Part shown: piece by piece, positions 26,066 through 34,752 of the stretch
Position numbering within the stretch: the stretch's first letter is position 1
Layout of the letters: every line of letters starts with the position of its first letter
Assembly (NCBI GenBank): GCA_036561205.1
Contig: DATBPT010000059.1
Span: 1 to 45,391 of the forward strand
Direction: 5' to 3'
From: Solirubrobacterales bacterium
Lineage (GTDB): Bacteria; Actinomycetota; Thermoleophilia; Solirubrobacterales; 70-9
Length of the DNA stretch: 45,391 nucleotides
Made by a program: the position numbers and the translations under genes
Notes under the pieces: generated by a model
The model's database searches: none
What the model was told of the DNA's origin: nothing
The model's input: only the letters and a program-made list of their open reading frames with translations

Positions 26066-26428
26066 TCAGGCGTCGACGATCACCTCGAAGCCACCGAAGA
26101 ACATCCGCCCCGGGTCCATCGGCGGGTCGTCCTCGTCCATCATCTCCTTCATCCGCGGGTCCGCCATCACCTTGGCGTTGACCTCGTCGCGCTTCGCCCT
26201 CGACTCGTAGGTGATCCAGGAGAAGACAACGACCTCGTCGTCCTCGAGCTTGACGCTGCGCGGGAACGAGGTCGACTTGCCCGCGTCGACGTCGTCGGCG
26301 ACGCACTCCTTGTACTCGAGCGCCCCCAACTCACGCCACAGCGCGCCGGCCTTTTCCGCCAGCGCCCTGTAATCGTCGATCTTGTCCTTCTTCACCGGAA
26401 CCACGAATCCATCTACGTACTCGGCCAT
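26066..26428 (-). CDS. DUF1428 family protein
   Basis: 120 aa. MAEYVDGFVVPVKKDKIDDYRALAEKAGALWRELGALEYKECVADD...FSWITYESRAKRDEVNAKVMADPR matches my recollection of DUF1428. A GAGGAG Shine-Dalgarno lies upstream on the minus strand. Confidence 0.8.
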   Translation of the reverse strand: MAEYVDGFVVPVKKDKIDDYRALAEKAGALWRELGALEYKECVADDVDAGKSTSFPRSVKLEDDEVVVFSWITYESRAKRDEVNAKVMADPRMKEMMDEDDPPMDPGRMFFGGFEVIVDA

Positions 26429-26495
26429 GGAATCTCCTCATCGGGTTGACGTTTCGATGCTTATGACCGGCGGCGCCGGTGAAACTCATCGCGCG

Positions 26496-26882
26496 CTAGA
26501 AAGCGCCGCGCAGGTGCTCGTACTCGGTCAGCCGCCCGCCCGCGTCGAGCCGCAGGCCGACGACGTCGAAGCGCAGTTCGCGGTGGCGGGGGACGTCGTA
26601 GCCGCGGTCACGTAGCCAGGCGGCGGCGAGGCCCCGCAGCTTTGCCCGCTTGCGCGGGCCGACCGCCATCGCCGGGGTCTCGGGGCCGAGCGCGGAGCCG
26701 GCGCTCCGGGCCTTGACCTCGACGAAGACAAGGGCCGGCCCGTCGAGCGCGATCAGGTCGATCTCGCCGCGGACCTCGCTCGGGCGGGCGTTGCGCGCGA
26801 CGATTCGCCAGCCGTCGCCGTGCAGGCGTTCGGCGACGAGCCGCTCGGCCGCGCGTCCGAGGTTCTGGCGGGCGAGCGTCAT
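26496..26882 (-). CDS. yraN: YraN family (UPF0102) endonuclease-like protein
   Basis: 128 aa. GRAAERLVAERLHGDGWRIVARN...GEIDLIALDGPALVFVEVKAR...LRFDVVG is the YraN PD-(D/E)xK-like pattern. Confidence 0.85.
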   Translation of the reverse strand: MTLARQNLGRAAERLVAERLHGDGWRIVARNARPSEVRGEIDLIALDGPALVFVEVKARSAGSALGPETPAMAVGPRKRAKLRGLAAAWLRDRGYDVPRHRELRFDVVGLRLDAGGRLTEYEHLRGAF

Positions 26883-26988
26883 CGCTCGCCACCGTAGGCC
26901 GCCCAGGCGCGCGCGTGGCGCGCCAACCGCGTCGCATTCGTGACCCTTTGCGGGCCACCGGCGAAAGCGGCCGGCCTACGGTCGCCCG

Positions 26989-28473
26989 GTGCTCGCCGCG
27001 GCCCGCACATTCACCCTGCTCGGCGTGCACGCGCGCGAGATCCGGGTCGAGGTCGACGTCCGCCAGGGCCTGCCCGCGTTCACCCTCGTCGGCCTCCCCG
27101 ACGCGGCCGTGCGCGAGTCCCGCGAGCGGGTCCGGGCCGCGCTCGCCAACTCCGGGTTCGAGTTCCCGCAGCGGCGGATCACCGCCAACCTCGCGCCCGC
27201 GGACCTGCGCAAGGCCGGGCCCGGCTTCGACCTTGCGATCGCCGCCGCGGTGCTCGCCGCAACCGGGCAGCTCCCCGCCGCGGCGCTCGCCGACGTCGCG
27301 CTCGCCGGCGAGCTGGCGCTCGACGGCTCGATTCGCCCCGTGGCCGGCACCCTGGCGATGGCCGAGAGCGCCGAGCGCTCCGGCATGCGCGCGATCGTCG
27401 TCCCCGCCTCGTGCGGTGCGGAGGCGGCGCTGATCGCCCCCGGCAGGGTGATCCCGGTCGGGCGGCTGGAACAGCTTCGTACCCTCGGCGGCGACTCCGA
27501 GCCGGCGTCCCCGGCGTCGGCGGGCACGGATGCCGACGCGCCTCCGCCGCTGCCCGACCTCGCCGACCTGCGCGGCCAGCCCGGGCTTCGCCGCGGGCTC
27601 GAGGTCGCGGCGGCCGGCGGGCACAGCCTCCTGGTCAGCGGCCCGCCCGGAGCGGGCAAGTCGATGGCGGCGAGGCGGCTGCCCTCGATCCTGCCGCCGC
27701 TGGGGCATGCGGAGGTGCTCGAGGCGGCGCGGGTGGCGAGCGCCTGCGGGCGCCCGGTCGAGCCCGCCGTCGCCGGGCGGCGGGCGTTCCGGGCGCCGCA
27801 CCACACGATCTCGACCGCGGGGTTGATCGGCGGCGGCAATCCGCCTCGCCCCGGCGAGGTGACGCTCGCCCATCACGGCGTCCTCTTCCTCGACGAGTTG
27901 CCGGAATTCGGGCGCGGCGCGCTCGAGGCCCTGCGCCAGCCGCTCGAGGACGGCTCGGTGAGGATCGTCCGTGCCCGCTACTCGGTCGAGCTCCCCTGTC
28001 GCTTCCAGCTGATCGCGGCGGCCAACCCGTGCCCGTGCGGGCGCGGCCCGAGGTCGGGTCAATGCACCTGCGATCCCGCCTCGGTGCGCGCCTACGAGGC
28101 GAAGCTGACCGGTGCGCTTGCCGACCGCATCGACGTGTCGATCCTGGTCGAGCAGCCGGATCTGAGCTCGTTCAACGAGCCCGGGGAGAGCTCGGCGGCG
28201 GTCCGCGACAGGGTCCTGGCGGCGCGCGAGCGCCAGCGCGCCCGCGTTGCGGACGGGCGCCCCAACGCGGAGCTACCAGCGGCCGGGATCGCGATCGGCG
28301 ACGGGATCGAGCGGCTGCTCGCCGGCGCCGGCCTGACGGCCGGGCTCAGCGGCCGCGGGCGCGAGCGAACGATCCGGCTGGCGCGCACGATCGCCGATCT
28401 CGAGGGCTCGGCCGACGTCCGGCCCGACGATGTGCAGGAGGCGTTTGCGCTGCGCAGGCGGGAGTCGCGGTGA
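26989..28473 (+). CDS. comM: YifB/ComM family Mg-chelatase-like AAA+ ATPase
   Basis: 494 aa. The N-terminal Lon-protease-like part contains GLPDAAVRESRERVRAAL and DLAIAAAVLAATGQ. Walker A is SGPPGAGKSM and Walker B is GVLFLDELPEF. A zinc-like NPCPCG...CTC follows. GTG start. Confidence 0.92.
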   Translation: MLAAARTFTLLGVHAREIRVEVDVRQGLPAFTLVGLPDAAVRESRERVRAALANSGFEFPQRRITANLAPADLRKAGPGFDLAIAAAVLAATGQLPAAALADVALAGELALDGSIRPVAGTLAMAESAERSGMRAIVVPASCGAEAALIAPGRVIPVGRLEQLRTLGGDSEPASPASAGTDADAPPPLPDLADLRGQPGLRRGLEVAAAGGHSLLVSGPPGAGKSMAARRLPSILPPLGHAEVLEAARVASACGRPVEPAVAGRRAFRAPHHTISTAGLIGGGNPPRPGEVTLAHHGVLFLDELPEFGRGALEALRQPLEDGSVRIVRARYSVELPCRFQLIAAANPCPCGRGPRSGQCTCDPASVRAYEAKLTGALADRIDVSILVEQPDLSSFNEPGESSAAVRDRVLAARERQRARVADGRPNAELPAAGIAIGDGIERLLAGAGLTAGLSGRGRERTIRLARTIADLEGSADVRPDDVQEAFALRRRESR

Positions 28474-29381
28474 GCACCGCCGCACCGTGGCGGATCGAGC
28501 GCGGCTCGCCCGGCTATCCGGCCGGCCTGCTCGACCTCGACCTGCGCGAGCGGCCACGGCTGCATGGGGTCGGGGACCGCGGGCTGCTCGGACGACTGCA
28601 GGACGAGCCCGCGGTGACGATCGTCGGGGCTCGCCGAGCGAGCTCCTACGGGCTCAGGGTCGCCGAGACCCTCGCTCGTGATCTCGCCACCGCGCGGGTA
28701 CCGGTGGTCAGCGGGATGGCGCTGGGGATCGATTCGGCGGCCCACCGGGGAGCGCTCGCCGGTGGCGGCTCGACGATCGCGGTGCTCGCCGGCGGCCCCG
28801 ACCGCGCCTCGCCGCCGAGCAACTTCGAGCTCCATCGCCGGATAGCCGTGTCGGGCAGCGTCGTCTCCGAGCATCCTCCCGGCAGTCGCGTCGAGCCCCG
28901 CCACTTCGCCCAGCGCAACCGGATCATGGCGGCGCTCGGGCAGGTAGTGGTGATCGTCGAGGCCGCACAGCCCTCGGGCAGCCTGATCACCGCCGACGTG
29001 GCGCTGAAGCTCGGGCGCACGGTCGGGGCCGTACCGGGCCAGCTCGGCGTCCGGGTGGCGGAGGGGACCAACGACCTGCTGCACGAGGGCGCGCACCTGA
29101 TCCGCGACGCCCGCGACGTCCTCGACCTGCTCTTCGGCGTCGGCGCGTCCGGCGATCTTCCGGCCGGAGATCCGCGACCGGGCCCGGCGCTGGAGCGGGA
29201 GCCGCGCGAGCTCTTGGAGCTGGTCCGATCGGGAGCGGCGACCGTCGACCGGCTCGCGGTCGAGAGCGGTCTCGGATCCCGCCAGGTAGCGATCGCGCTC
29301 GCGCGTCTGGAGTTGCTCGGCTACGTCAGCACTGACGCGCTCGGCGCCTACTCGGTCACCGGGTTGCGGGCGCCCGAATAA
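28470..29381 (+). CDS. dprA: DNA processing protein DprA
   Basis: 303 aa from the GTG at 28470, which overlaps the comM TGA. It has IVGARRASSYG, VVSGMALGIDSAAHRGAL, FAQRNRIMAAL and a C-terminal winged-helix-like tail. The upstream part of track ORF 26940.. is an alternate frame of comM. Confidence 0.9.
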   Translation: MSTAAPWRIERGSPGYPAGLLDLDLRERPRLHGVGDRGLLGRLQDEPAVTIVGARRASSYGLRVAETLARDLATARVPVVSGMALGIDSAAHRGALAGGGSTIAVLAGGPDRASPPSNFELHRRIAVSGSVVSEHPPGSRVEPRHFAQRNRIMAALGQVVVIVEAAQPSGSLITADVALKLGRTVGAVPGQLGVRVAEGTNDLLHEGAHLIRDARDVLDLLFGVGASGDLPAGDPRPGPALEREPRELLELVRSGAATVDRLAVESGLGSRQVAIALARLELLGYVSTDALGAYSVTGLRAPE

Positions 29382-29393
29382 CGTGTCGGGGCA

Positions 29394-30224
29394 ATGCCGG
29401 AGCATCGCGTTCCCACCTGCCTTTCGATCGCCGGCTCCGACTCCGGCGGCGGTGCCGGGATCCAGGCGGATCTGAAGGCGTTCGCGCGCTGCGGCGTCCA
29501 CGGGATGACCGCGATCACCGCGCTGACGGCCCAGAACACGGTCGGGGTCGAGATGGTCGAGGTGGTCGCGCCGGAGATGATCGTCGCCCAGGTGCGGGCC
29601 GTCGCAACCGACATCGGTGTCGACGCGGTCAAGGTCGGGATGCTCGCCGACGAGCCGACGATCGGCGCGGTGCTGGAGGGCCTGAGCCTGGTCGGCGACG
29701 CGCCGGTGGTCGTCGATCCGGTGATGATCTCGGAGAGCGGCGCCACGCTGCTCGACCCGAACGCGAAGGCGACCCTGATCGAGCGGGTGCTGCCGCGGGC
29801 CGACGTGGTGACCCCGAACGTGCTCGAGGCGCGGGCCCTCTCCGGGCTCGGCGAGGGCGCCTCGCCGGTGGAGCTCGGCGAGGCCCTGCTGGCGCTCGGC
29901 CCCGGCGCGGTCGTCGTCACCGGCGGCCACGCCGATGACGGAGCCGACGTGTTGGTCGAAGCGTCCGGCTCGCTGCGGATCGATGGGCCGCGCTACCCGG
30001 ACGGAGCCGCGCACGGCTCCGGCTGCACCCACTCCTCGGCGCTGGCCGCCTTCCTCGCTCACGGCGCGGAGCTCGCCGACGCGGTCCGCTGGGCCCGCGA
30101 GATCGCCTCCGAAGCGGTCGGCCACGGCCTCCGCGAGCTCGGGCGCGGCCCCGGCCCGGTGGACGTGTTCGGGCTGCCAAGACTGGCGCCAGACGTGGCG
30201 CCGCGTAATAATCAACGGCGATGA
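29394..30224 (+). CDS. thiD: Hydroxymethylpyrimidine/phosphomethylpyrimidine kinase
   Basis: 276 aa. LSIAGSDSGGGAGIQADLKAF...TALTAQNT...VKVGML...VVDPVM...GSGCTHSSALAA. Confidence 0.93.
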   Translation: MPEHRVPTCLSIAGSDSGGGAGIQADLKAFARCGVHGMTAITALTAQNTVGVEMVEVVAPEMIVAQVRAVATDIGVDAVKVGMLADEPTIGAVLEGLSLVGDAPVVVDPVMISESGATLLDPNAKATLIERVLPRADVVTPNVLEARALSGLGEGASPVELGEALLALGPGAVVVTGGHADDGADVLVEASGSLRIDGPRYPDGAAHGSGCTHSSALAAFLAHGAELADAVRWAREIASEAVGHGLRELGRGPGPVDVFGLPRLAPDVAPRNNQRR

Positions 30225-30463
30225 AGCTCGTGCGGATGAGGTCCGGGCACGGCGACGTCTTGCTGGCTGAGGGTGATCCAGAGGTGGCCGCGGACGAGGA
30301 GCGCCTCGTGGCCGAGTTCCGCCGCCAGCTCGAGCGGGGAATGTGGGCTGCCGTGCCGACCGCTGAACGTGGGCACCGCGAGGCGACGATCGTGCGCGAC
30401 TTCGCCGAGGTCCCGCGCGAGGCCGAGCGGGTCATCTTCTTCCCCCGCGCCGCGGGAGGCTGA
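30221..30463 (+). CDS. Small protein (80 aa) with ThiS/MoaD-like C-terminus ending Gly-Gly; putative beta-grasp ubiquitin-like/sulfur-carrier protein
   Basis: ATGA overlap with thiD. The C-terminus EAERVIFFPRAAGG* resembles the MoaD (..DEVAFFPPVTGG) and ThiS (..DQILLFQVIAGG) tails. By eye the alternation fits a beta-beta-alpha-beta-beta-beta pattern. GC3-rich codons. Confidence 0.5.
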   Translation: MKLVRMRSGHGDVLLAEGDPEVAADEERLVAEFRRQLERGMWAAVPTAERGHREATIVRDFAEVPREAERVIFFPRAAGG

Positions 30464-30468
30464 GAGCC

Positions 30469-30843
30469 GTGGATCCGGCGGAGGAACGGGCGCGCGAGCT
30501 GATGCGCGCCGTCGTCGGCGAGCGCGACTTCGAGGCCTACGAGCGGCTCGGCTTCGTCTCGGTGACCGGCAAGAACCCGCGCTACGCGTATCTCGTCTAC
30601 CCGTTCCGGCCGCTGGTCGCATACGACACCCAGACCGGCGAGCTGCTGGCCGAGTACTGCGTCGGCTTCTCCGACGACGGCGAGCGCCTGCCGCCGGCCG
30701 ACGACGTGCTCGCCAAGTGGATGACGCTGCGGGGGATCGAGGACGACCTGATCTCGGAGGCGAACCTGAACCTGCCCGGTCACCAGGTCGATCCCGACCA
30801 CGCCCGCCGCGACATCGCCCGCCTCCGCGAGCTCGGCTGCTGA
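30469..30843 (+). CDS. Hypothetical protein, 124 aa
   Basis: The GTG at 30469 lies 9 nt after a GGGAGG Shine-Dalgarno and 5 nt after the previous stop. It has balanced composition and contains NPRYAYLVYPFRPLVAYDTQTGELLAEYCVGF. No family was recognised. Confidence 0.55.
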   Translation: MDPAEERARELMRAVVGERDFEAYERLGFVSVTGKNPRYAYLVYPFRPLVAYDTQTGELLAEYCVGFSDDGERLPPADDVLAKWMTLRGIEDDLISEANLNLPGHQVDPDHARRDIARLRELGC

Positions 30844-30865
30844 GCGCCCTAGACTCCCGGCCCTG

Positions 30866-32563
30866 ATGGCCGCGGACGACGCAGACACGCAGGTCGCGCT
30901 GCCGCGGCCGCGCTCGGCGGCGGTCTTCGACGGTCCCGACCGCGCCGCGGCGCGCGCGTACATGAAGGGGATCGGCTACGACGACGACGCCCTCAGCCGC
31001 CCGACGATCGGGATCGCCAACACCTGGACCGACGCGATGCCCTGCAACTTCGGCCTCCGCGCGCTCGCCGAGCACATCAAGGAGGGCGTGCGCGCGGCCG
31101 GCGGCACGCCGATGGAGTTCAACACGGTCGCCGTCTCCGACGGGATCACCATGGGCACGGCGGGCATGAAGGCCTCGCTGGTCAGCCGCGAGGTGATCGC
31201 GGACTCGATCGAGCTGATGTGCCGCGGATACCAGTTCGATGCGGTGGTCGCGCTCTCCGCATGCGACAAGACGATCCCCGGTGCGGTGATGGCGCTGGCG
31301 CGCCTCGACATCCCCGGGGTGATGCTCTACGGGGGCTCGATCGCCCCCGGTCGCTGGCACGACAAGGACGTCACCATCGTCGATCTGTTCGAGGCGATCG
31401 GCGCCCACGCCGCCGGCGACATGTCCGACGAGGAGCTGCGATCGCTCGAGGACGTCGCCAGCCCCGGGTTCGGCGCCTGCGGCGGCCAGTTCACCGCCAA
31501 CACGATGGCCTGCGCCTTCGAGGCGCTCGGGATCTCGCCGGGCGGTTCCTCGATGGTCCCGGCGGAGGACGACGACAAGGCGACCGTCGCCGAGAAGGTC
31601 GGCGAGCTGGTGATCCGGGTGCTGGCCGAGGACCTGCGCCCGAGCAAGGTGATCACCCGCGATTCACTCGAGAACGCGATCGCGATGGTCTGCGCCTCGG
31701 GTGGCTCCACCAACGGCGTCCTGCACCTGCTCGCCGTCGCCCGCGAGGCCGGGATCGAGCTCGAGATCGACGACTTCGAGCGGATCTCACGCAAGACGCC
31801 GCTGCTCGCCGACCTGAAGCCGGGCGGGCGCTTCGTCGCCACCGACCTGTACGCCGCCGGCGGCGTCCCGGTGATCCTCAGCCGCCTTGCCGAGGCCGGG
31901 ATCCTGCACAGCGAAGCGATCACGGTCAGCGGCCGGACGATCGGCGAGGAGGCCGCCGCGGTGACCGAGACGCCCGGGCAGGAGGTCGTGCGCCCGCTCT
32001 CCGACCCGCTCAAGGCCGCCGGCGGGCTCGCGATCCTGCGCGGCAACCTCGCCCCCGAGGGCGCGGTCGTGAAGCTCGCGGGCACGGAGCGCAAAGGGCA
32101 GACCGGTCCCGCCCGTGTATTCGAGTCGGAGGAGCAGTGCTTTCGCGCGGTCAAGGCGCAGGAGATCAACCCCGGCGACGTGATCGTGATCCGCAACGAG
32201 GGCCCGGCCGGCGGCCCGGGGATGCGCGAGATGCTGCAGGTGACCGCGGCGATCGTCGGCGAGGGCCTCGGCGAGCAGGTCGCCCTGCTCACCGACGGGC
32301 GCTTCTCGGGCGCGACCCGCGGGATGATGGTGGGCCACGTCGCCCCGGAGGCGGTCAAGGGCGGCCCGATCGCGGCGCTGCGAGAGGGCGACCAGGTGAC
32401 GATCGACGTCGACGCGCGCGAGCTCTCGGTTGACCTGACCGGGGAGGAGATCGCCGAGCGCGTTGAGGCCTACGAGCCTCCGGAGCCCGCGTACACGAGC
32501 GGCGTGCTCGCCAAGTACGCGGCCTCCGTCGGCTCCGCCAGCCACGGCGCGATCACCGGCTGA
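30866..32563 (+). CDS. ilvD: Dihydroxy-acid dehydratase
   Basis: 565 aa. IGIANTWTDAMPCN, VSDGITMGT, SACDKTIPG, TDGRFSGATRG. Confidence 0.97.
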   Translation: MAADDADTQVALPRPRSAAVFDGPDRAAARAYMKGIGYDDDALSRPTIGIANTWTDAMPCNFGLRALAEHIKEGVRAAGGTPMEFNTVAVSDGITMGTAGMKASLVSREVIADSIELMCRGYQFDAVVALSACDKTIPGAVMALARLDIPGVMLYGGSIAPGRWHDKDVTIVDLFEAIGAHAAGDMSDEELRSLEDVASPGFGACGGQFTANTMACAFEALGISPGGSSMVPAEDDDKATVAEKVGELVIRVLAEDLRPSKVITRDSLENAIAMVCASGGSTNGVLHLLAVAREAGIELEIDDFERISRKTPLLADLKPGGRFVATDLYAAGGVPVILSRLAEAGILHSEAITVSGRTIGEEAAAVTETPGQEVVRPLSDPLKAAGGLAILRGNLAPEGAVVKLAGTERKGQTGPARVFESEEQCFRAVKAQEINPGDVIVIRNEGPAGGPGMREMLQVTAAIVGEGLGEQVALLTDGRFSGATRGMMVGHVAPEAVKGGPIAALREGDQVTIDVDARELSVDLTGEEIAERVEAYEPPEPAYTSGVLAKYAASVGSASHGAITG

Positions 32564-32573
32564 GCCCGCTCCG

Positions 32574-33788
32574 ATGGCCAGCGAGGCCCGCCCCCACGTG
32601 CCGCGGATCACCGCGGCGATGCGAGAGACCGACCAGGTGACGCCCCTGGAGCTGTTCTTCGACCTCGTCTTCGTGCTCGCGATCACCCAGTGCACGCAGC
32701 TGATGTCCGACGAGCCGACCTGGGCCGGCCTCGGCAAGGGCGTGCTCGTGCTGGCGGTGCTCTGGTGGTCGTGGGTCGGCTACTCCTGGCTGACCAGCGT
32801 CGTCGATCCCGAGGAGGACGCCGTGCGGCTGGTGATGTTCGCGGCGATGGCCGGGCTGCTGCTCTGCGCCCTCTGCGTGCCGGAGGCCTTCGGCGACCTC
32901 GGGCTCACCTTCGCGCTCGCCTACGGCATCGTCCGCCTCGCGCAGCTCGGGCTGTTCACGATCGCCAGCCGCGGCGACGAGAGCCTGCGGCGCTCCGTGA
33001 TCGGGCTGGCAATCAGCACCGCGATCGGGATCGGGCTGCTGATCGTCGCCTCGTTTCTCGACGGCTGGGCGCAGGCGTCGGCCTGGGCGCTGGCCCTGGC
33101 GGTCGACATGGGCGGTCCCTACCTGTTCGGGTCCGAGGGCTGGAAGCTGATGCCGTCGCACTTCGCCGAGCGCCACGGGCTGATCATCATCATCGCGCTC
33201 GGTGAGTCGATCGTCGCGATCGGGGTCGGGGTGACCGGCGAGCTCACCTTCGACCAGGGGCTCGCGGCGGTGATCGGGATCGCGATCGCGGCGGCGCTCT
33301 GGTGGCTGTACTTCGACGTCGTCGCACTGGTCGCCTCGCGGCGCCTACAACGCGCCGAGCCGGGCCGGGAGCAGAACGAGATGGCGCGCGACTCCTACTC
33401 GTTCCTGCACTTCCCGATGGTCGCCGGGATCGTCCTCGTCGCCCTCGGGTTGAAGAAGACGCTCGCCCATGTCGACGACCCGCTCGACGTCGTGCCGGCG
33501 TTCGCGCTGCTCGGCGGCATGGCCGCCTACCTGCTCGGCCACGTCGCCTTCCGCTGGCGCCACATCCACACGGTCAACGTCGAGCGCACCCTGCTCGCGG
33601 GCGCCTTCGTCGCCTCGCTGCCGCTCGCGGTCGAGATCCCCGCTCTGGCCACGGTCGGCTACGTCAGCGTCGCGGTCTGGCTGCTGATTCTTCGCGAGAC
33701 CCGCCGCTACGGCGAGGGCCGCCGGCGCGTGCGCCACGAGGACTACGTCCCGACCGCCGCCGACCGCGAGGCGGCCGGCGCTAGGTAG
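32574..33788 (+). CDS. Low temperature requirement protein A (LtrA) family membrane protein
   Basis: 404 aa from the ATG at 32574. VTPLELFFDLVFVLAITQ is the LtrA N-terminal signature, followed by many TM segments. Confidence 0.85.
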   Translation: MASEARPHVPRITAAMRETDQVTPLELFFDLVFVLAITQCTQLMSDEPTWAGLGKGVLVLAVLWWSWVGYSWLTSVVDPEEDAVRLVMFAAMAGLLLCALCVPEAFGDLGLTFALAYGIVRLAQLGLFTIASRGDESLRRSVIGLAISTAIGIGLLIVASFLDGWAQASAWALALAVDMGGPYLFGSEGWKLMPSHFAERHGLIIIIALGESIVAIGVGVTGELTFDQGLAAVIGIAIAAALWWLYFDVVALVASRRLQRAEPGREQNEMARDSYSFLHFPMVAGIVLVALGLKKTLAHVDDPLDVVPAFALLGGMAAYLLGHVAFRWRHIHTVNVERTLLAGAFVASLPLAVEIPALATVGYVSVAVWLLILRETRRYGEGRRRVRHEDYVPTAADREAAGAR

Positions 33789-34752
33789 CCAGGAACTCTT
33801 CCAGCAGCCGGTTGAAGCGCACCGGCCGCTCGGCCATCGGCACGTGGCCGCACCGGTCGAAGACCTCGAGCCGCGAGCCGGCGAGGCGGCTCGCATAGCC
33901 GAGCGCGTCGGCGGGGGGGACGACCTTGTCCTGGCGGCCCCAGACGATCAGGCTCGGGACGTGGACCTCGCCGAGCCGGTCGAGGAAGTCGTAGCCGGCG
34001 AGGCTGGAGAGGGCCTCGACGAACGACTGGCTGCGCATCCCGCCGTCGAAGAACTCCCAGACCAGCTCCGGCCGCAGCTCGCCGGGGCTGTCGAAGATGC
34101 CGGAGAAGGCCATCGCCCGGGCGCGCGGGCGGCGAAAGGCCCGCGTCTGCGCCTTGAAGGCGAGCGGCGTCCCGGCGGCGATCATCCGCGCCGCGACCTC
34201 GGTCGGCTCGCGTCGCAGGCGGGCGCTGCTGACGCCCGCCGCGGAGACGAGCACCAGCTTCTCGAACCGCTCCGGCTCCGAGATCGCCGCCTCGGCGGCG
34301 ACGAAGCCGCCCATCGAGTTGCCGACCACGGCGCAGTCGCGGACTCCGAGCGCGTCGCAGAACTCGAGCAGCAGCCGCCCATAGGCGGGGATCGAGATCT
34401 CCCACTCCGGCACCGGCGAGGAGCCGAACCCGGGCAGATCGAGTGCGAGGACGCGATGTCGGCGGGCGAAGTGGGGGATGTTCTCGAGCCAGTTCTGCCA
34501 GCAGCCCGAGAGCCCGTGGACGAAGACGATCGCGAGCGGGTGCTGCTCGGGCTCCGGGGGCCCGATCTCCGCGTAGTGCACGCGGCCGCCGGCGACGTCG
34601 ACGTCGGCGAGGTGCTCTCGCCAGTCAATTCCGAGCCACTCCGGGTCCGGGTCGCCGTAGGGGTCGGGACCGTCGGCGGGGGTGGGGTCGGGCTTCGGGC
34701 CGAAGGGCTCGAACCGCGGTCGCCGCCGGGTCTGCGGAGGGTTGGCGCTCAT
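33781..34752 (-). CDS. Alpha/beta hydrolase fold protein
   Basis: 323 aa from the internal Met (MSANPPQ...). It has HGLSGCWQNW, the nucleophile elbow GNSMGG, and a C-terminal DRCGHVPMAE His. The upstream part of track ORF (to 35430) is the alternate frame of the neighbouring gene. Confidence 0.85.
   Translation of the reverse strand: MSANPPQTRRRPRFEPFGPKPDPTPADGPDPYGDPDPEWLGIDWREHLADVDVAGGRVHYAEIGPPEPEQHPLAIVFVHGLSGCWQNWLENIPHFARRHRVLALDLPGFGSSPVPEWEISIPAYGRLLLEFCDALGVRDCAVVGNSMGGFVAAEAAISEPERFEKLVLVSAAGVSSARLRREPTEVAARMIAAGTPLAFKAQTRAFRRPRARAMAFSGIFDSPGELRPELVWEFFDGGMRSQSFVEALSSLAGYDFLDRLGEVHVPSLIVWGRQDKVVPPADALGYASRLAGSRLEVFDRCGHVPMAERPVRFNRLLEEFLAT

Noticed and set aside
26940-28469. Upstream 510 codons of the 813-aa track ORF that ends as dprA
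   Set aside because: It is an alternate frame of comM with Arg/Pro/Gly-rich composition. DprA-like sequence starts at the GTG at 28470.
29382-29393. TPP riboswitch upstream of thiD (likewise an FMN riboswitch for the rib genes and a c-di-AMP element upstream of the L,D-transpeptidase)
   Set aside because: Only 12 nt separate dprA and thiD, and the rib operon leader lies outside the window. The 65-nt spacer before 37558 is too short and lacks the conserved riboswitch cores.
28092-30215. 707-aa minus-strand ORF opposite dprA and thiD
   Set aside because: It is an antisense frame of two well-supported genes, with Arg/Gly/Pro-rich composition and no motifs.
33781-33788. 8-nt convergent overlap of the ltrA and alpha/beta-hydrolase 3' ends
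   Set aside because: Short tail-to-tail overlaps are common in compact GC-rich genomes and carry no evident functional signal.
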